Shown here in pieces: positions 1 to 8,670 of a stretch of DNA of 64,000 nucleotides. This DNA comes from Candidatus Kuenenbacteria bacterium. Lineage in GTDB: Bacteria > Patescibacteriota > Patescibacteriia > UBA11705 > JABHMO01. A model generated the notes under the pieces. It was given only the letters and a program-made list of their open reading frames with translations, did no database searches and had not been told where the DNA came from. The stretch spans positions 14,641-78,640 of the forward strand of contig JABMRF010000018.1 in NCBI GenBank assembly GCA_013202715.1, given 5' to 3'. Made by a program: the position numbers and the translations under genes. Numbering within the stretch: the stretch's first letter is position 1; each line of letters starts with the position of its first letter.

Positions 1-175
1 TTTCCTCCTTTACTTCGCGTCTGCAAGCGGTTTCAAACGAATTAAGTTCGTCTTCAAAATCAAAATCTTCAACTCGACCGCCGACAAATTTCCAAAAACC
101 GTCATCACCATGTTTATTGAGCAAAACTTTGTTATTTTCAATAATTACAGGCCCTGAGGCGATTATAAAGTTCAT
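1..175 (-). CDS. NUDIX hydrolase, N-terminal part (runs off the window edge)
   Basis: Reverse translation gives MNFIIASGPVIIENNKVLLNKHGDDGFWKFVGGRVEDFDFEDELNSFETACRREVKEE, a Nudix-box-like GG..E..E....A.RE..EE motif. Its ATG overlaps the stop of the upstream gene as ATGA. Confidence 0.55.
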   Translation of the reverse strand, partial: MNFIIASGPVIIENNKVLLNKHGDDGFWKFVGGRVEDFDFEDELNSFETACRREVKEE

Positions 176-1479
176 ACATTTTTTGAGTTATTAGTTTTAA
201 TTAATGACAAAACTATGGCAAACAGAATTATTCCAAAATAAAAACTCCAGAGATAGTGGTCGAAAAAAGCGAGACTAGCGAGACCAGCAAGACAAGCGAG
301 ACCAGTCAGGCGTTCAGTTGACCAGTTCTCACTTTTGAATAAATAAAACAATAGATAACCAATAAAGAACAAACCCGCGGCCAAACCAACAATTCCAAGT
401 TCCGCAAAAATTAACAAGTAAGTATTATGAACCGGTTGATAGTCCCAAGCCGACTTGGTGGAATCTTGATTGTAAAGATGAGTTGTATAGTTTCCAAGTC
501 CAACCCCTATCAACCAGTTATCTTTTAAGATTGATCCGGCTTCTTTGTATTGCTCAACTCTCGTAACATTAGAAATGTTTTCAACTCGATTGTTGCCCAG
601 TGTTCTGGTTAAAATGAGTTCTGGAAATGAAACTGTAAAAATTATTAATATAAAAAACACAATCAAAGAAAATTTTGTAACTGTTTTGTTCAAAATTTTA
701 TCTTTTCTGGAAATGAAAGCAAAAACAATGATACTCACGACTAAAGTTATAATTGCTGCCCGTGATAAAGTTGTTAAAAGCCCGATAAAGTTAATTACAA
801 AAATTAAACGAAGAATCTTTTGCAATTTTTTTTGTTTAAGGGATGCAATTAGGCCAATAATCAAGATTAATCCGATAACTAAAAACCCCGCCAAGATATT
901 CGGATGTGGCAGAGTGCCGAAACTTCGGAGCCATCTTAAGTTTTCCAATTGCACAACCGGAACACCAAGTGTTTCCGGATTTTGCTCAGCCATTCCGAAC
1001 CACTTGTTGGCGAGAACCTTTTGACTGGCAAATTGTTGGATTGCAATTCCGGCTTGAAAAAGTCCGCTGATAATTATCGCCCAAGAAATTTTTTGCCAAT
1101 CGATCTTCATTACCACGATTACGGCGAATAACGCAGCTGCCAGGATTAAGTGAGTGAACTTGTACAGCGCGATTTCCGGATTAACCGCGAGCGCGCAGGA
1201 AAGCGAGACGAGCAAGACAAGCAAGACTAGCGAGACAAGGCGACGGCCCTTGACGGCGGACCACCGAAGGCTCTGCTTCGTTAGTTTGGAAATAAAAAAT
1301 ATCAGACTTAAAATTAAAATAATTCCAAACAACATTTCAGTCGCATATAAACTCAAAGTCCCATATTCCCATTTTTCATTATTCAAAAATCCCTGCTTGT
1401 AAATCCAGCGGGTTTGAAACGGGAGTAGAAAGATGAAGGTACATAGCAACCACTCTATTGTTTTAGAAAATTTTTGCAT
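172..1479 (-). CDS. polytopic membrane protein, O-antigen ligase/polymerase (Wzy/WaaL)-like
   Basis: 435 aa with more than 10 predicted TM helices, a large loop and a ..TLSRAAII.. segment typical of the O-antigen ligase family. The family assignment is by eye. Confidence 0.45.
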   Translation of the reverse strand: MQKFSKTIEWLLCTFIFLLPFQTRWIYKQGFLNNEKWEYGTLSLYATEMLFGIILILSLIFFISKLTKQSLRWSAVKGRRLVSLVLLVLLVSLSCALAVNPEIALYKFTHLILAAALFAVIVVMKIDWQKISWAIIISGLFQAGIAIQQFASQKVLANKWFGMAEQNPETLGVPVVQLENLRWLRSFGTLPHPNILAGFLVIGLILIIGLIASLKQKKLQKILRLIFVINFIGLLTTLSRAAIITLVVSIIVFAFISRKDKILNKTVTKFSLIVFFILIIFTVSFPELILTRTLGNNRVENISNVTRVEQYKEAGSILKDNWLIGVGLGNYTTHLYNQDSTKSAWDYQPVHNTYLLIFAELGIVGLAAGLFFIGYLLFYLFKSENWSTERLTGLACLAGLASLAFFDHYLWSFYFGIILFAIVLSLIKTNNSKNV

Positions 1480-1484
1480 ACTTT

Positions 1485-1600
1485 AAATATAAATACATGA
1501 TCTACTGATAACTACGTGATGCTACTGATTACAGATTTTCTATCATGTAGAATCAGTAGCCATCATGTTGATCAGTAGTTATCCTTGAAGTTTTTGAATT
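1485..1600. repeat. palindromic word-repeat element, family B (gatctac/cagtag words)
   Basis: Contains atgatctactgat...atcagtagccatcatgttgatcagtag. The same architecture occurs at 10165-10262. Confidence 0.6.
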
Positions 1601-1679
1601 GACGAAGTTATATCCTTCTGTTAATATAATAGTGCTTTTACCGTTTTTTTACAATTCTTTGGGAAAAGGAGACAAACCC

Positions 1680-2084
1680 ATGAAGAATTTTTACTGGATA
1701 TTTTTCATTGTCATGATTATTAGTTGCGGTGAAACAAAAGAAAAGAAGGCTCAGGCGAAAGAATCTGAACCGGTTTTGAAACAGCAGGTAGTCCAGGATG
1801 ATTGCGATAGAGTAGTTCAAGGCGAGATCAGAATTATTAGAAACGGAAAAGTCCTCGATTATCTCAACCGAAGCGAAAAACCGGCTGTGCTGGAAATCAC
1901 CTCAGGACCTCATGCCAACCCGGACTTCAGTATTATATATGATTTACCAGCTAAGTCCGGTCACAGGCTGCGGCTACCCTTTGAAAAATCAATCATCAGG
2001 GCAGATATCTATATAAAAATAGATCAAGGACCCTGGACCGTCTTGTGCTGGAAAAACAAAGCCCACAAGGAAGAAGGCGAATGA
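1680..2084 (+). CDS. small lipoprotein/secreted protein, first member of a tandem paralog array
   Basis: RBS aaggag lies 8 nt before the ATG at 1680. Signal peptide MKNFYWIFFIVMIISCG carries a lipobox. The Cys-containing C-terminal domain resembles the ORFs at 2719, 3357 and 3924. Confidence 0.55.
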   Translation: MKNFYWIFFIVMIISCGETKEKKAQAKESEPVLKQQVVQDDCDRVVQGEIRIIRNGKVLDYLNRSEKPAVLEITSGPHANPDFSIIYDLPAKSGHRLRLPFEKSIIRADIYIKIDQGPWTVLCWKNKAHKEEGE

Positions 2085-2092
2085 TGCTAACA

Positions 2093-2130
2093 CAAAATCC
2101 CACCTCGCAACGCAGGGGGATTTTTTTATT
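2093..2130 (+). terminator. intrinsic terminator (aatccc.ccgc..gcgg.gggatt hairpin plus T-run); first copy of a repeated terminator-promoter cassette
   Basis: Hairpin followed by tttttttatt. Near-identical copies sit at 3248-3290, 3817-3850 and 4212-4250. Confidence 0.6.
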
Positions 2131-2159
2131 TAATTTTAGCTAATAGTCCCAACTGGTCA

Positions 2160-2195
2160 TTGACAAATCATTTCTACCATGATAATATAAGGAGT
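2160..2195 (+). promoter_or_regulatory. sigma70-like promoter TTGACA-17-TAATAT
   Basis: Sequence ttgacaaatcatttctaccatgataatat. It is duplicated at 3320-3352 as ttgacaaatcaattctacgatgatactat. Confidence 0.5.
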
Positions 2196-2232
2196 AACGC
2201 TTTTGTAAATTGACAATCAAAAAGGAGCAATA

Positions 2233-2436
2233 ATGACCACAATAATGTTTTTCTGGCTTTGCGTAGTGGCGGTACTTCTCATTGTAACGGGGCTTATGTG
2301 GCCACTGCCTGTGGAAGATCCGGCTGGTAAACATGCAAAAAAGGAAATAAAGCCACACTGGCTTCAACAAACAGCTTTTTGTTCCGGCCTTGTGCTGGCA
2401 ATAATTTTGCTTCTTATTAAGTCGTTTGGGGGCTAG
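2233..2436 (+). CDS. small membrane protein (67 aa)
   Basis: RBS aaaggag precedes the ATG. Two TM helices. Sits in the paralog array. Confidence 0.4.
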   Translation: MTTIMFFWLCVVAVLLIVTGLMWPLPVEDPAGKHAKKEIKPHWLQQTAFCSGLVLAIILLLIKSFGG

Positions 2437-2437
2437 C

Positions 2438-2722
2438 ATGTACGAACAATTCTTGATGTGGTTTGGTCGAATCGTCTTGATCATAACTATCATCGGCTTG
2501 GTGCCTTTCGCACTCAAGGAGCTTCCGGAACGTTTTTTCATGCTACTTCTTGCAAGTGTTTTGCTGGTAGTAGTGGTTGGGACTTTTGTGCCACGTCAAA
2601 TCAACTACCTGCGATACCCGCCGGTAATCAAAGCTATGAATACCCCGGCGCCTGACCAGATCTCGCGCTGCTTGGAAGGAAAAAGCAATATTCCAATTTG
2701 TCACAACGGGAGGCAGACATGA
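2438..2722 (+). CDS. small membrane protein
   Basis: ORF with two hydrophobic helices. The start is uncertain. Confidence 0.3.
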   Translation: MYEQFLMWFGRIVLIITIIGLVPFALKELPERFFMLLLASVLLVVVVGTFVPRQINYLRYPPVIKAMNTPAPDQISRCLEGKSNIPICHNGRQT

Positions 2723-3243
2723 ACGCTTGGTATGCACTCGCAATTGCCTTTGGGGCGACGGGACTTTTTTTTCTCGTTTTTTATCTTTTTAGCAGCAAAC
2801 CCAATCCCATGCGAAACACAATGAAATGGATCACTATCGGCCTTCTTACGATGGCTTTCGGAATGGCGATTGCTGGAGTCCTTTGCAATGCAGAGACAAA
2901 GCAAATCGAAAATGAGCAGCAAAATGTGCCCGTAGAAAATGAGTGCCTGAAGTTTATTGGTGATCTGCGAATCAATGGCACGCAAGGAAAAATTGTTCTT
3001 GAAAATGAGAGTGATGAAGCTCTAGGCAAAATTGAAGTTGCCCGCGATGCCGGTTTTGTTGGCGGAACTGCGCCAACCGGTCTGAATTCCTCAAAACATC
3101 TGGTCATGTTTGGCTACATGCCGGGCAAAAACCTGTATATTGTGTCAGCGCCCTATTCAGAAGAGAGCAGGGTTTACACGATCTGGCACAACGGACAGCA
3201 TCGGGCAATGGACTTAAGTAAATGTCCGCGTGACCACCTCTGA
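2719..3243 (+). CDS. membrane-anchored paralog-array protein
   Basis: RBS ggagg before the ATG at 2719. N-terminal TM helices. The C-terminal ..NECLKFIGDLRINGTQ.. domain is paralogous to 3357..3806. Confidence 0.5.
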   Translation: MNAWYALAIAFGATGLFFLVFYLFSSKPNPMRNTMKWITIGLLTMAFGMAIAGVLCNAETKQIENEQQNVPVENECLKFIGDLRINGTQGKIVLENESDEALGKIEVARDAGFVGGTAPTGLNSSKHLVMFGYMPGKNLYIVSAPYSEESRVYTIWHNGQHRAMDLSKCPRDHL

Positions 3244-3247
3244 TTTA

Positions 3248-3290
3248 TAACCAAAATCCCACCCCGCATCGCGGAGAGGGATTTTTTATT
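3248..3290 (+). terminator. intrinsic terminator (cassette copy 2)
   Basis: Sequence aaaatcccaccccgcatcgcggagagggatttttt. Confidence 0.6.
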
Positions 3291-3356
3291 TAATTTTAGC
3301 CAATAACTTCAGCCAGCCCTTGACAAATCAATTCTACGATGATACTATAAGGAGTA

Positions 3357-3806
3357 ATGTTTTTGGTTATTTGGCTGGCGTTTAGAAAAAAGGTTCTGAA
3401 CGGTGTTGCAAAACAACTTTTCATCATCATGGGGATATTGAGTCTCGCGATGTGCCTGTATGGATTCCTTCAATACAAAGGAATCATCTCCGATGGAAAC
3501 GCACAGGAAAGCGCATTGGAACAGGAAGATTGCATCAAGCAACTGGGGGACCTAAAGATTGTGGCTCACCACAACTCGGTTGAATTCATCAATAACGCTG
3601 AAACCGGAAGTGTTGAAGTGATGGCCTGGGCTGACGACTTCAAACTCCAGTCAACAATTCCACCGCAAAAAGGCGTTCGAGTTGTGCGCTGGTTTCAGGA
3701 TGACGAAAAAGTCCCCAAGGTTTACGTGAATCATAACCTTGTAAAACACGAATATGATTTCAATGGTTGCACCATGGTGTTTGGAACGACATTTGGAGCA
3801 CAGTAA
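3357..3806 (+). CDS. membrane-anchored paralog-array protein
   Basis: Contains EDCIKQLGDLKIVAHH, paralogous to 2719..3243. Own promoter at 3320-3352. Confidence 0.5.
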   Translation: MFLVIWLAFRKKVLNGVAKQLFIIMGILSLAMCLYGFLQYKGIISDGNAQESALEQEDCIKQLGDLKIVAHHNSVEFINNAETGSVEVMAWADDFKLQSTIPPQKGVRVVRWFQDDEKVPKVYVNHNLVKHEYDFNGCTMVFGTTFGAQ

Positions 3807-3816
3807 GGAAACCAAA

Positions 3817-3850
3817 ATCCCACCCCGCAATGCGGAGGGGATTTTTTTGT
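3817..3850 (+). terminator. intrinsic terminator (cassette copy 3)
   Basis: Sequence aatcccaccccgcaatgcggaggggattttttt. Confidence 0.6.
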
Positions 3851-3923
3851 TGGGTTGACAAAACTTTATTCGTTTGGTAAATTGAAATGTAATCAGTTTG
3901 TAAATTATCAATCTGAGGAGGAA

Positions 3924-4211
3924 ATGAACATAAAAATTGCCTATGAGATCACATCATGGAGCTTTATTGGTTTGGCCATGCTCTTCACGTTTTACCTGGT
4001 ATGTTGGCAATTTGAAATCTCCTTTATCAAAAACCGGTTACCTAAGCTTGCTGTGACATTTGCTATAATGCTTATCTTTGGTATCACGGCGGAAACGCTT
4101 TTTGATAAACTCGCGACTGCCGACAGTAGAGATTCTTTTGTATCTCTTCAAAATGACGATTGTCTGGAAAAATATAATGATTGGCAGAATTGCTTGAGAG
4201 AAAACAGATAG
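3924..4211 (+). CDS. small membrane protein with a two-Cys C-terminal motif (array member)
   Basis: RBS gaggagg before ATG. Two TM helices. Contains DDCLEKYNDWQNC. Confidence 0.45.
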   Translation: MNIKIAYEITSWSFIGLAMLFTFYLVCWQFEISFIKNRLPKLAVTFAIMLIFGITAETLFDKLATADSRDSFVSLQNDDCLEKYNDWQNCLRENR

Positions 4212-4250
4212 GACACAAAATCCCACCCCGCATCGCGGAGAGGGATTTCT
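4212..4250. terminator. intrinsic terminator (cassette copy 4), bidirectional with 4302..5252(-)
   Basis: Sequence aaatcccaccccgcatcgcggagagggatttcttt. Confidence 0.55.
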
Positions 4251-4301
4251 TTATTACCCTGCCCTTTAGGGCGGGCTACTGGCTGAAGGGATAGGCACTC
4301 C

Positions 4302-5252
4302 CTAAAGGGAGGGGTAATTTTGGACCTCGAGCCATGCATCGCGAACTTCCAGTCGCGCATCCTGATCGTGAAATTTGAGAATTTTATTACTGATCACCAC
4401 ATCTGTATTTTCTTGCCAGGCGAGGTCAAAAAGGTGACGAGGCATTTCTTTCAATTGGATCTTTTCCAGCCAAGTATTTATAAACCTCGGCGCTAATAAT
4501 ATTTCAAATATTTTTTTTATGATGTTTTTTTGAGTCATAAACCAACGGCGATTAGTTTTCACATGAATACAATTGGGCAAATACTCTTTTATCCAACTAT
4601 TGGCTTTATAAAACTTATCAATTAGGTCCTGTTTTCCGTAAACGGGCATAAACTGATTTAACCAGTAAATAAAATGGATATCATTTTCATAAGCCAGACT
4701 TTGCATATCTAAATTTTCCTCGGTAATGTAAAAACTCAGACAGATCTTGTCTTTTTGTGTCCTCTCATTTGGCCGTTTATTAAATAACATCATTAATCCG
4801 ACCGCCAACAAACGCACAGTCCAGATTGTATTTTTTGAAGTGATTATCGCTAAATCAATATCAGAATCATCAGGCGCATTTAAGTAGCCTAAATTATTGC
4901 AAATAAAAATCGCTTTTACAAATGGGATTTTCGAAATCAACTTTACATACGGCCGCGCCTTTTTCATCTTTTCCTGGGCGATTAAATATCTTTTCTTTCT
5001 AGTTTTAATGTTTTCTTGATTTCTTGATTTTTTGTTTTCTTCCGAACCTCTCAAACAAAAAAAACCCTCGCGTAAAACGAGAATTTTTTCATCAACCATC
5101 TTCTTCAGTTCCTTGTTAACCTGAGCCAAGGTAAACCTCTGCTCCGGTCGCCAAAGATATTTGTATATTTCAAAAGAAGTTAAAGGATATTCAAAAATAT
5201 CAAAATAAACAATTGTCCCCCTGATGGATTTTTGAATATCTGACACATGCAT
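4302..5252 (-). CDS. hypothetical protein, possibly a Pol-beta-type nucleotidyltransferase fold
   Basis: 316 aa. Contains NNLGYLNAPDDSDIDLAII, which resembles the hG[GS]..D.D nucleotidyltransferase motif. No further homology is recognisable. Confidence 0.3.
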   Translation of the reverse strand: MHVSDIQKSIRGTIVYFDIFEYPLTSFEIYKYLWRPEQRFTLAQVNKELKKMVDEKILVLREGFFCLRGSEENKKSRNQENIKTRKKRYLIAQEKMKKARPYVKLISKIPFVKAIFICNNLGYLNAPDDSDIDLAIITSKNTIWTVRLLAVGLMMLFNKRPNERTQKDKICLSFYITEENLDMQSLAYENDIHFIYWLNQFMPVYGKQDLIDKFYKANSWIKEYLPNCIHVKTNRRWFMTQKNIIKKIFEILLAPRFINTWLEKIQLKEMPRHLFDLAWQENTDVVISNKILKFHDQDARLEVRDAWLEVQNYPSL

Positions 5253-5371
5253 AAACTCAAGTTGGGGAAGCGAATTGAGTGGCCTTCGACTCGTCGTACC
5301 TCCTCCCTCAGGCTGACATAGTTCGTTTGAGTTACGCTTCTACTCCCCTCTGATCCCTTCTTCACAATCTC

Positions 5372-5680
5372 TTAGTTCTCTCTTATCTCAGCATTTGTTG
5401 TGACAGTCTGTTTTACCTCAAAAGGTTTTTTTATTGATTGTTTGATCTGTTCCGCTTCAACATTATCGTTAACAATAATTTTTTCAGCAGTAATGCTCAC
5501 AATCTGACTTGGTGAAACTAAAAGCACCTGCCCCTTGGTTAAAAGTTTTCGACGCACAACCAGATATTTCATAACGCTGTGGTTTTCGATATCCAGCTCA
5601 AAATCGTCAATATTGCCAAGAAGCAAACCTGATTCAGTCTCAACAGAAAGGTCGCGTAGTTTTTTAAAGTTAATTTTCAT
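5372..5680 (-). CDS. PRC-barrel domain protein
   Basis: 102 aa. The pattern ..LLGNIDDFELD..G.V..LVV.. is typical of PRC barrel proteins of the YlmC/YmxH type. Confidence 0.45.
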   Translation of the reverse strand: MKINFKKLRDLSVETESGLLLGNIDDFELDIENHSVMKYLVVRRKLLTKGQVLLVSPSQIVSITAEKIIVNDNVEAEQIKQSIKKPFEVKQTVTTNAEIREN

Positions 5681-5684
5681 ATTA

Positions 5685-5730
5685 GGCGCGGATTAAACGG
5701 ATCTAACGCGGATTACGCGGAATCTTATAG
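5685..5730. repeat. family A word-repeat element (cgcggat words), half copy
   Basis: Sequence gcgcggattaaacggatctaacgcggattacgcggaa. Confidence 0.6.
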
Positions 5731-5747
5731 AATACTGCATTAATGTT

Positions 5748-6656
5748 TTAATGTTTTAATGTTTTAATGTCTTCTTCTTTATTACTGTCAGTATTTTCAA
5801 CAATTTGTTTTGGTTCTTCAGGTGTTTCTGGCTCGATAACTTCTGCTTTTTCGCCCTTTGGACCCATGCCCTCCGGTGGAATGACTTCGACTCCGGTTGG
5901 ATCCTTTTTTCTAAACATTAACTTTTGCTGAGCTGAAGTAAAGACAGTTGTCAAAAACCAATAGAAGGTCAGACCACCCGGCAGGCTCATCCCAATTAGA
6001 ACTGTCATAAACGGCATAAAATACTGCATGCTCTTGTTCATGTTGGCCATGATGCCCTCATCCTTCGCTCCCTTTACATTCGGCTGCTTTTTGCTCATAA
6101 GCATGCGGGTCTGAACATACTGAGCCAAACCTGCCAATATCGCAAGAGCGATACTCGGAGCAGCAAAATCCATAAAACCAAAAGCCATTGTATTGATATG
6201 CTCTGGGTTATGAACAAAAGAATAGAGCATGTCAAACTTCTGTGAAGTTAAACCAACTCTAAACGCCTGATAAACAGCAATCAAAAACGGAAACTGGATC
6301 AAGAGAGGTAAACATGAAGAAAGCGGATTAACTTTTTGCTCTTTGTAAAGCTTCATTGTTTCCGCCGCAAGTTTTTCTTTTTCATCTTTGTATTTCTTTT
6401 TCAATGCATCCATTTTGGGTTGCAATTCCTGCAGTGCTTTTTGGGAACGAACCGCTTGCAGACTCAACGGCAAAAGAATTAGTTTAACAACAATAGTTAA
6501 CAAAATAATTGCCAAACCAATATCATTATAGGGAACAATATTATAAAGCCAAACTAACAAATTAAAAATTGGCTCGTAAAGAATTGTATTGTATAACTCC
6601 ATCATATAGGGCGCGGAGAGAACGGATCTAACGCGGATATTGCGGATGGACATCAA
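5748..6656 (-). CDS. yidC: membrane protein insertase YidC
   Basis: YidC/Oxa1 core sequence ..IVVKLILLPLSLQAVRSQKALQELQPKMDALKKKY..NPLSSCLPLLIQFPFLIAVYQ.. The true start is probably near 6605 (MMELYN). The annotated N-terminus reads through a family A repeat at 6609-6648. Confidence 0.85.
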   Translation of the reverse strand: MMSIRNIRVRSVLSAPYMMELYNTILYEPIFNLLVWLYNIVPYNDIGLAIILLTIVVKLILLPLSLQAVRSQKALQELQPKMDALKKKYKDEKEKLAAETMKLYKEQKVNPLSSCLPLLIQFPFLIAVYQAFRVGLTSQKFDMLYSFVHNPEHINTMAFGFMDFAAPSIALAILAGLAQYVQTRMLMSKKQPNVKGAKDEGIMANMNKSMQYFMPFMTVLIGMSLPGGLTFYWFLTTVFTSAQQKLMFRKKDPTGVEVIPPEGMGPKGEKAEVIEPETPEEPKQIVENTDSNKEEDIKTLKH

Positions 6657-6711
6657 AAAGCCCTTACCGAAATCAACGTATAATATGCACTAACCACGTA
6701 ATTTTTATTTT

Positions 6712-8187
6712 TTATTTCTCGGCCTTTTCTTTATCATCAGCTTTTTTAGTTTTTTTTGCAGTTTTCTTTTTCGGTTTCTCTTCTGTTTCTTCGTCTTCTT
6801 TGTCTTCTTTATTGGTCTTAGTTTTTTTCACGGTCTTTTTGGCAACCTTTTTCTTTTTTTCCTTTTTTTCTTCTTTGGTGCCTTCTTCTACAACTTTTTC
6901 TTCACTCTCTGCCTTTTCTACCTTTCCACCATCTTTAGCTTCCGATCCCTCAACCTCTTTTCCAGTATCTTGATCCTTGATACTAATTTTCCAGCCGGTT
7001 AATTTTGAAGCCAAGCGAACATTTTGTCCTGCTCGACCGATTGTGAGTGACAACTGATCAAGAGGGACAATGACAGTCGCTGTTTTTTCTTCTTCATTAG
7101 TTTCAACCTTAGTAATTTTTGCCGGCAAAAGAGAATTGGCAATAAATTTTGCTGGATCATCATCATATTCTATAATATCAATCTTTTCTCCACCAAGCTC
7201 ATTGATAATGGTTTGAATTCTAGCACCACGCTGACCAATACAAGACCCAATAGGATCAATATTTTCGTCCTCGGTATGAACAGCGATTTTGGTTCTGCTT
7301 CCGGCCTCACGAGAAATACCCTTGATTACAATTGTACCGTTGGAAATTTCTGGAATTTCCAGCGTAAATAAATTTTCTACGATTGCCGGATGAGCGCGAG
7401 AAACAATAATTTCCGGACCACGCGTTGTGAGTGTAACACTTACCAAGTAAACTTTTACGCGCGCACCAACCTTGTGCCGTTCGTTCCGTATTTGTTCACT
7501 TGGAGGAAGAATCGCTGCAAATTTTTCCAGATCAATAATAATATTTGGTCCGTCAAATTTTTGTACCATACCGGTCAAAATTTCTCCTTCTCTTTCTTTG
7601 TATTCCAGATAAATCACATTGCGCTCGGCTTCGCGAAGACGCTGAATAATAACCTGTTTAGCAGTTTGTGCCGCCATTCGGCCAAATTCGCCAGGAATTT
7701 CCAAAGCCGTTTTCACAAAATCACCAATCTTGTATGATTTTTTTATTGCTTTCGCATCTACCTCCTGAATTTCTGTTCGCGGGTTGAAATGCCTTTTTTC
7801 TTCTTCGTCTTCTGCTCCCTCCTCTTTTGGTGCTTCAGATTCTCTTGCCGCTCGAAGCTCTTCATCTTTTTCCTCACGAATTCTCTTTAGTTCCTCAGCG
7901 GTAATTTCACCGCTAGCAATTTTTTCTTTTATCTCTTCTCTTTCTTTTCGAATTTTTTCTAGCTCCTCCAATTCTTCCGGAGTCAAATCCTCTACAACTT
8001 CTTTTAAATCAAAAACCTTTGTACCGCTGGTTTCCAAATCAAATTCAGCAACAACGTTTTGAGTTTTGTCGCCAAAATCTTTTCGATAAGCTGCCGCTAG
8101 TGCGGAATTAATTGTTTCCAAAACATCCTCTTCAGACAATCCCTTTTCTGCACAAATTTGTTTAATCACTTGTTTGATATTATCCAT
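6712..8187 (-). CDS. nusA: transcription termination/antitermination factor NusA
   Basis: N-terminal NusA domain, S1 domain and two KH domains are recognisable. An acidic insertion (EELEELEKIRKEREE...) and a long K/E-rich C-terminal tail are present. Confidence 0.9.
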   Translation of the reverse strand: MDNIKQVIKQICAEKGLSEEDVLETINSALAAAYRKDFGDKTQNVVAEFDLETSGTKVFDLKEVVEDLTPEELEELEKIRKEREEIKEKIASGEITAEELKRIREEKDEELRAARESEAPKEEGAEDEEEKRHFNPRTEIQEVDAKAIKKSYKIGDFVKTALEIPGEFGRMAAQTAKQVIIQRLREAERNVIYLEYKEREGEILTGMVQKFDGPNIIIDLEKFAAILPPSEQIRNERHKVGARVKVYLVSVTLTTRGPEIIVSRAHPAIVENLFTLEIPEISNGTIVIKGISREAGSRTKIAVHTEDENIDPIGSCIGQRGARIQTIINELGGEKIDIIEYDDDPAKFIANSLLPAKITKVETNEEEKTATVIVPLDQLSLTIGRAGQNVRLASKLTGWKISIKDQDTGKEVEGSEAKDGGKVEKAESEEKVVEEGTKEEKKEKKKKVAKKTVKKTKTNKEDKEDEETEEKPKKKTAKKTKKADDKEKAEK

Positions 8188-8334
8188 ATTAATTGAGTAC
8201 AGATAAATACTGCTTATTTTTATCAGTATACCTGTACGATAAGTATTAATTTGCTCCTAAAAAATGCTAGTTTAATTATCATAAACTAGCTTGCTTTGAC
8301 TATAGCATGTTTTATGAAACGTGTCAAAATTTAA

Positions 8335-8480
8335 AGGACAAGAATCAAGGAGCAAAGAGCAAAGCAAGGTCAAAGCATAAAGATAAAAGCATAAAGAATT
8401 TCCGGTTATCTGCTTTTTAGTCCTTATCCCCCTCCTATTGATCTTTCCTTGACCTTTGACCTTTGCCCCTTGCCCTTCCT
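8335..8480. repeat. palindromic word-repeat element (caaag/ctttg words)
   Basis: Left arm gcaaagagcaaagcaaggtcaaagcataaag, right arm ctttccttgacctttgacctttgcc. Confidence 0.55.
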
Positions 8481-8560
8481 GCATAGCAGGCTCTTGCCAA
8501 GTTCATTTATCCATGATAAGATTATAGCAGTCTAATAAATAATAAATATTCTGCACCGAA

Positions 8561-8612
8561 AGGTCATCCTGAGGTGCTTTTACGAGAATACGTAAAAGCC
8601 TCGAAGGGTGCC
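8561..8612 (+). repeat. structured hairpin repeat family G, copy 1
   Basis: Sequence tcatcctgaggtgcttttacgagaatacgtaaaagcctcgaagggtg. Related copies at 33343-33397, 33745-33806 and 33829-33886 carry compensatory stem changes (acg/cgt, atg/cat, gcg/cgc). Confidence 0.65.
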
Positions 8613-8670
8613 TTAAGACCATTAATTTTAGCCACTTCTATTAGCTAAAATTACAGAATATTTCAACATT

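Noticed and set aside
2140-2541. 133-aa minus-strand ORF
   Set aside because: It runs antisense across the promoter/RBS and two plus-strand array genes. It has no RBS and a low-complexity composition.
8272-8484. 70-aa ORF in the nusA-rpsF spacer
   Set aside because: It is a translation of the caaag/ctttg word-repeat element. It has no RBS.
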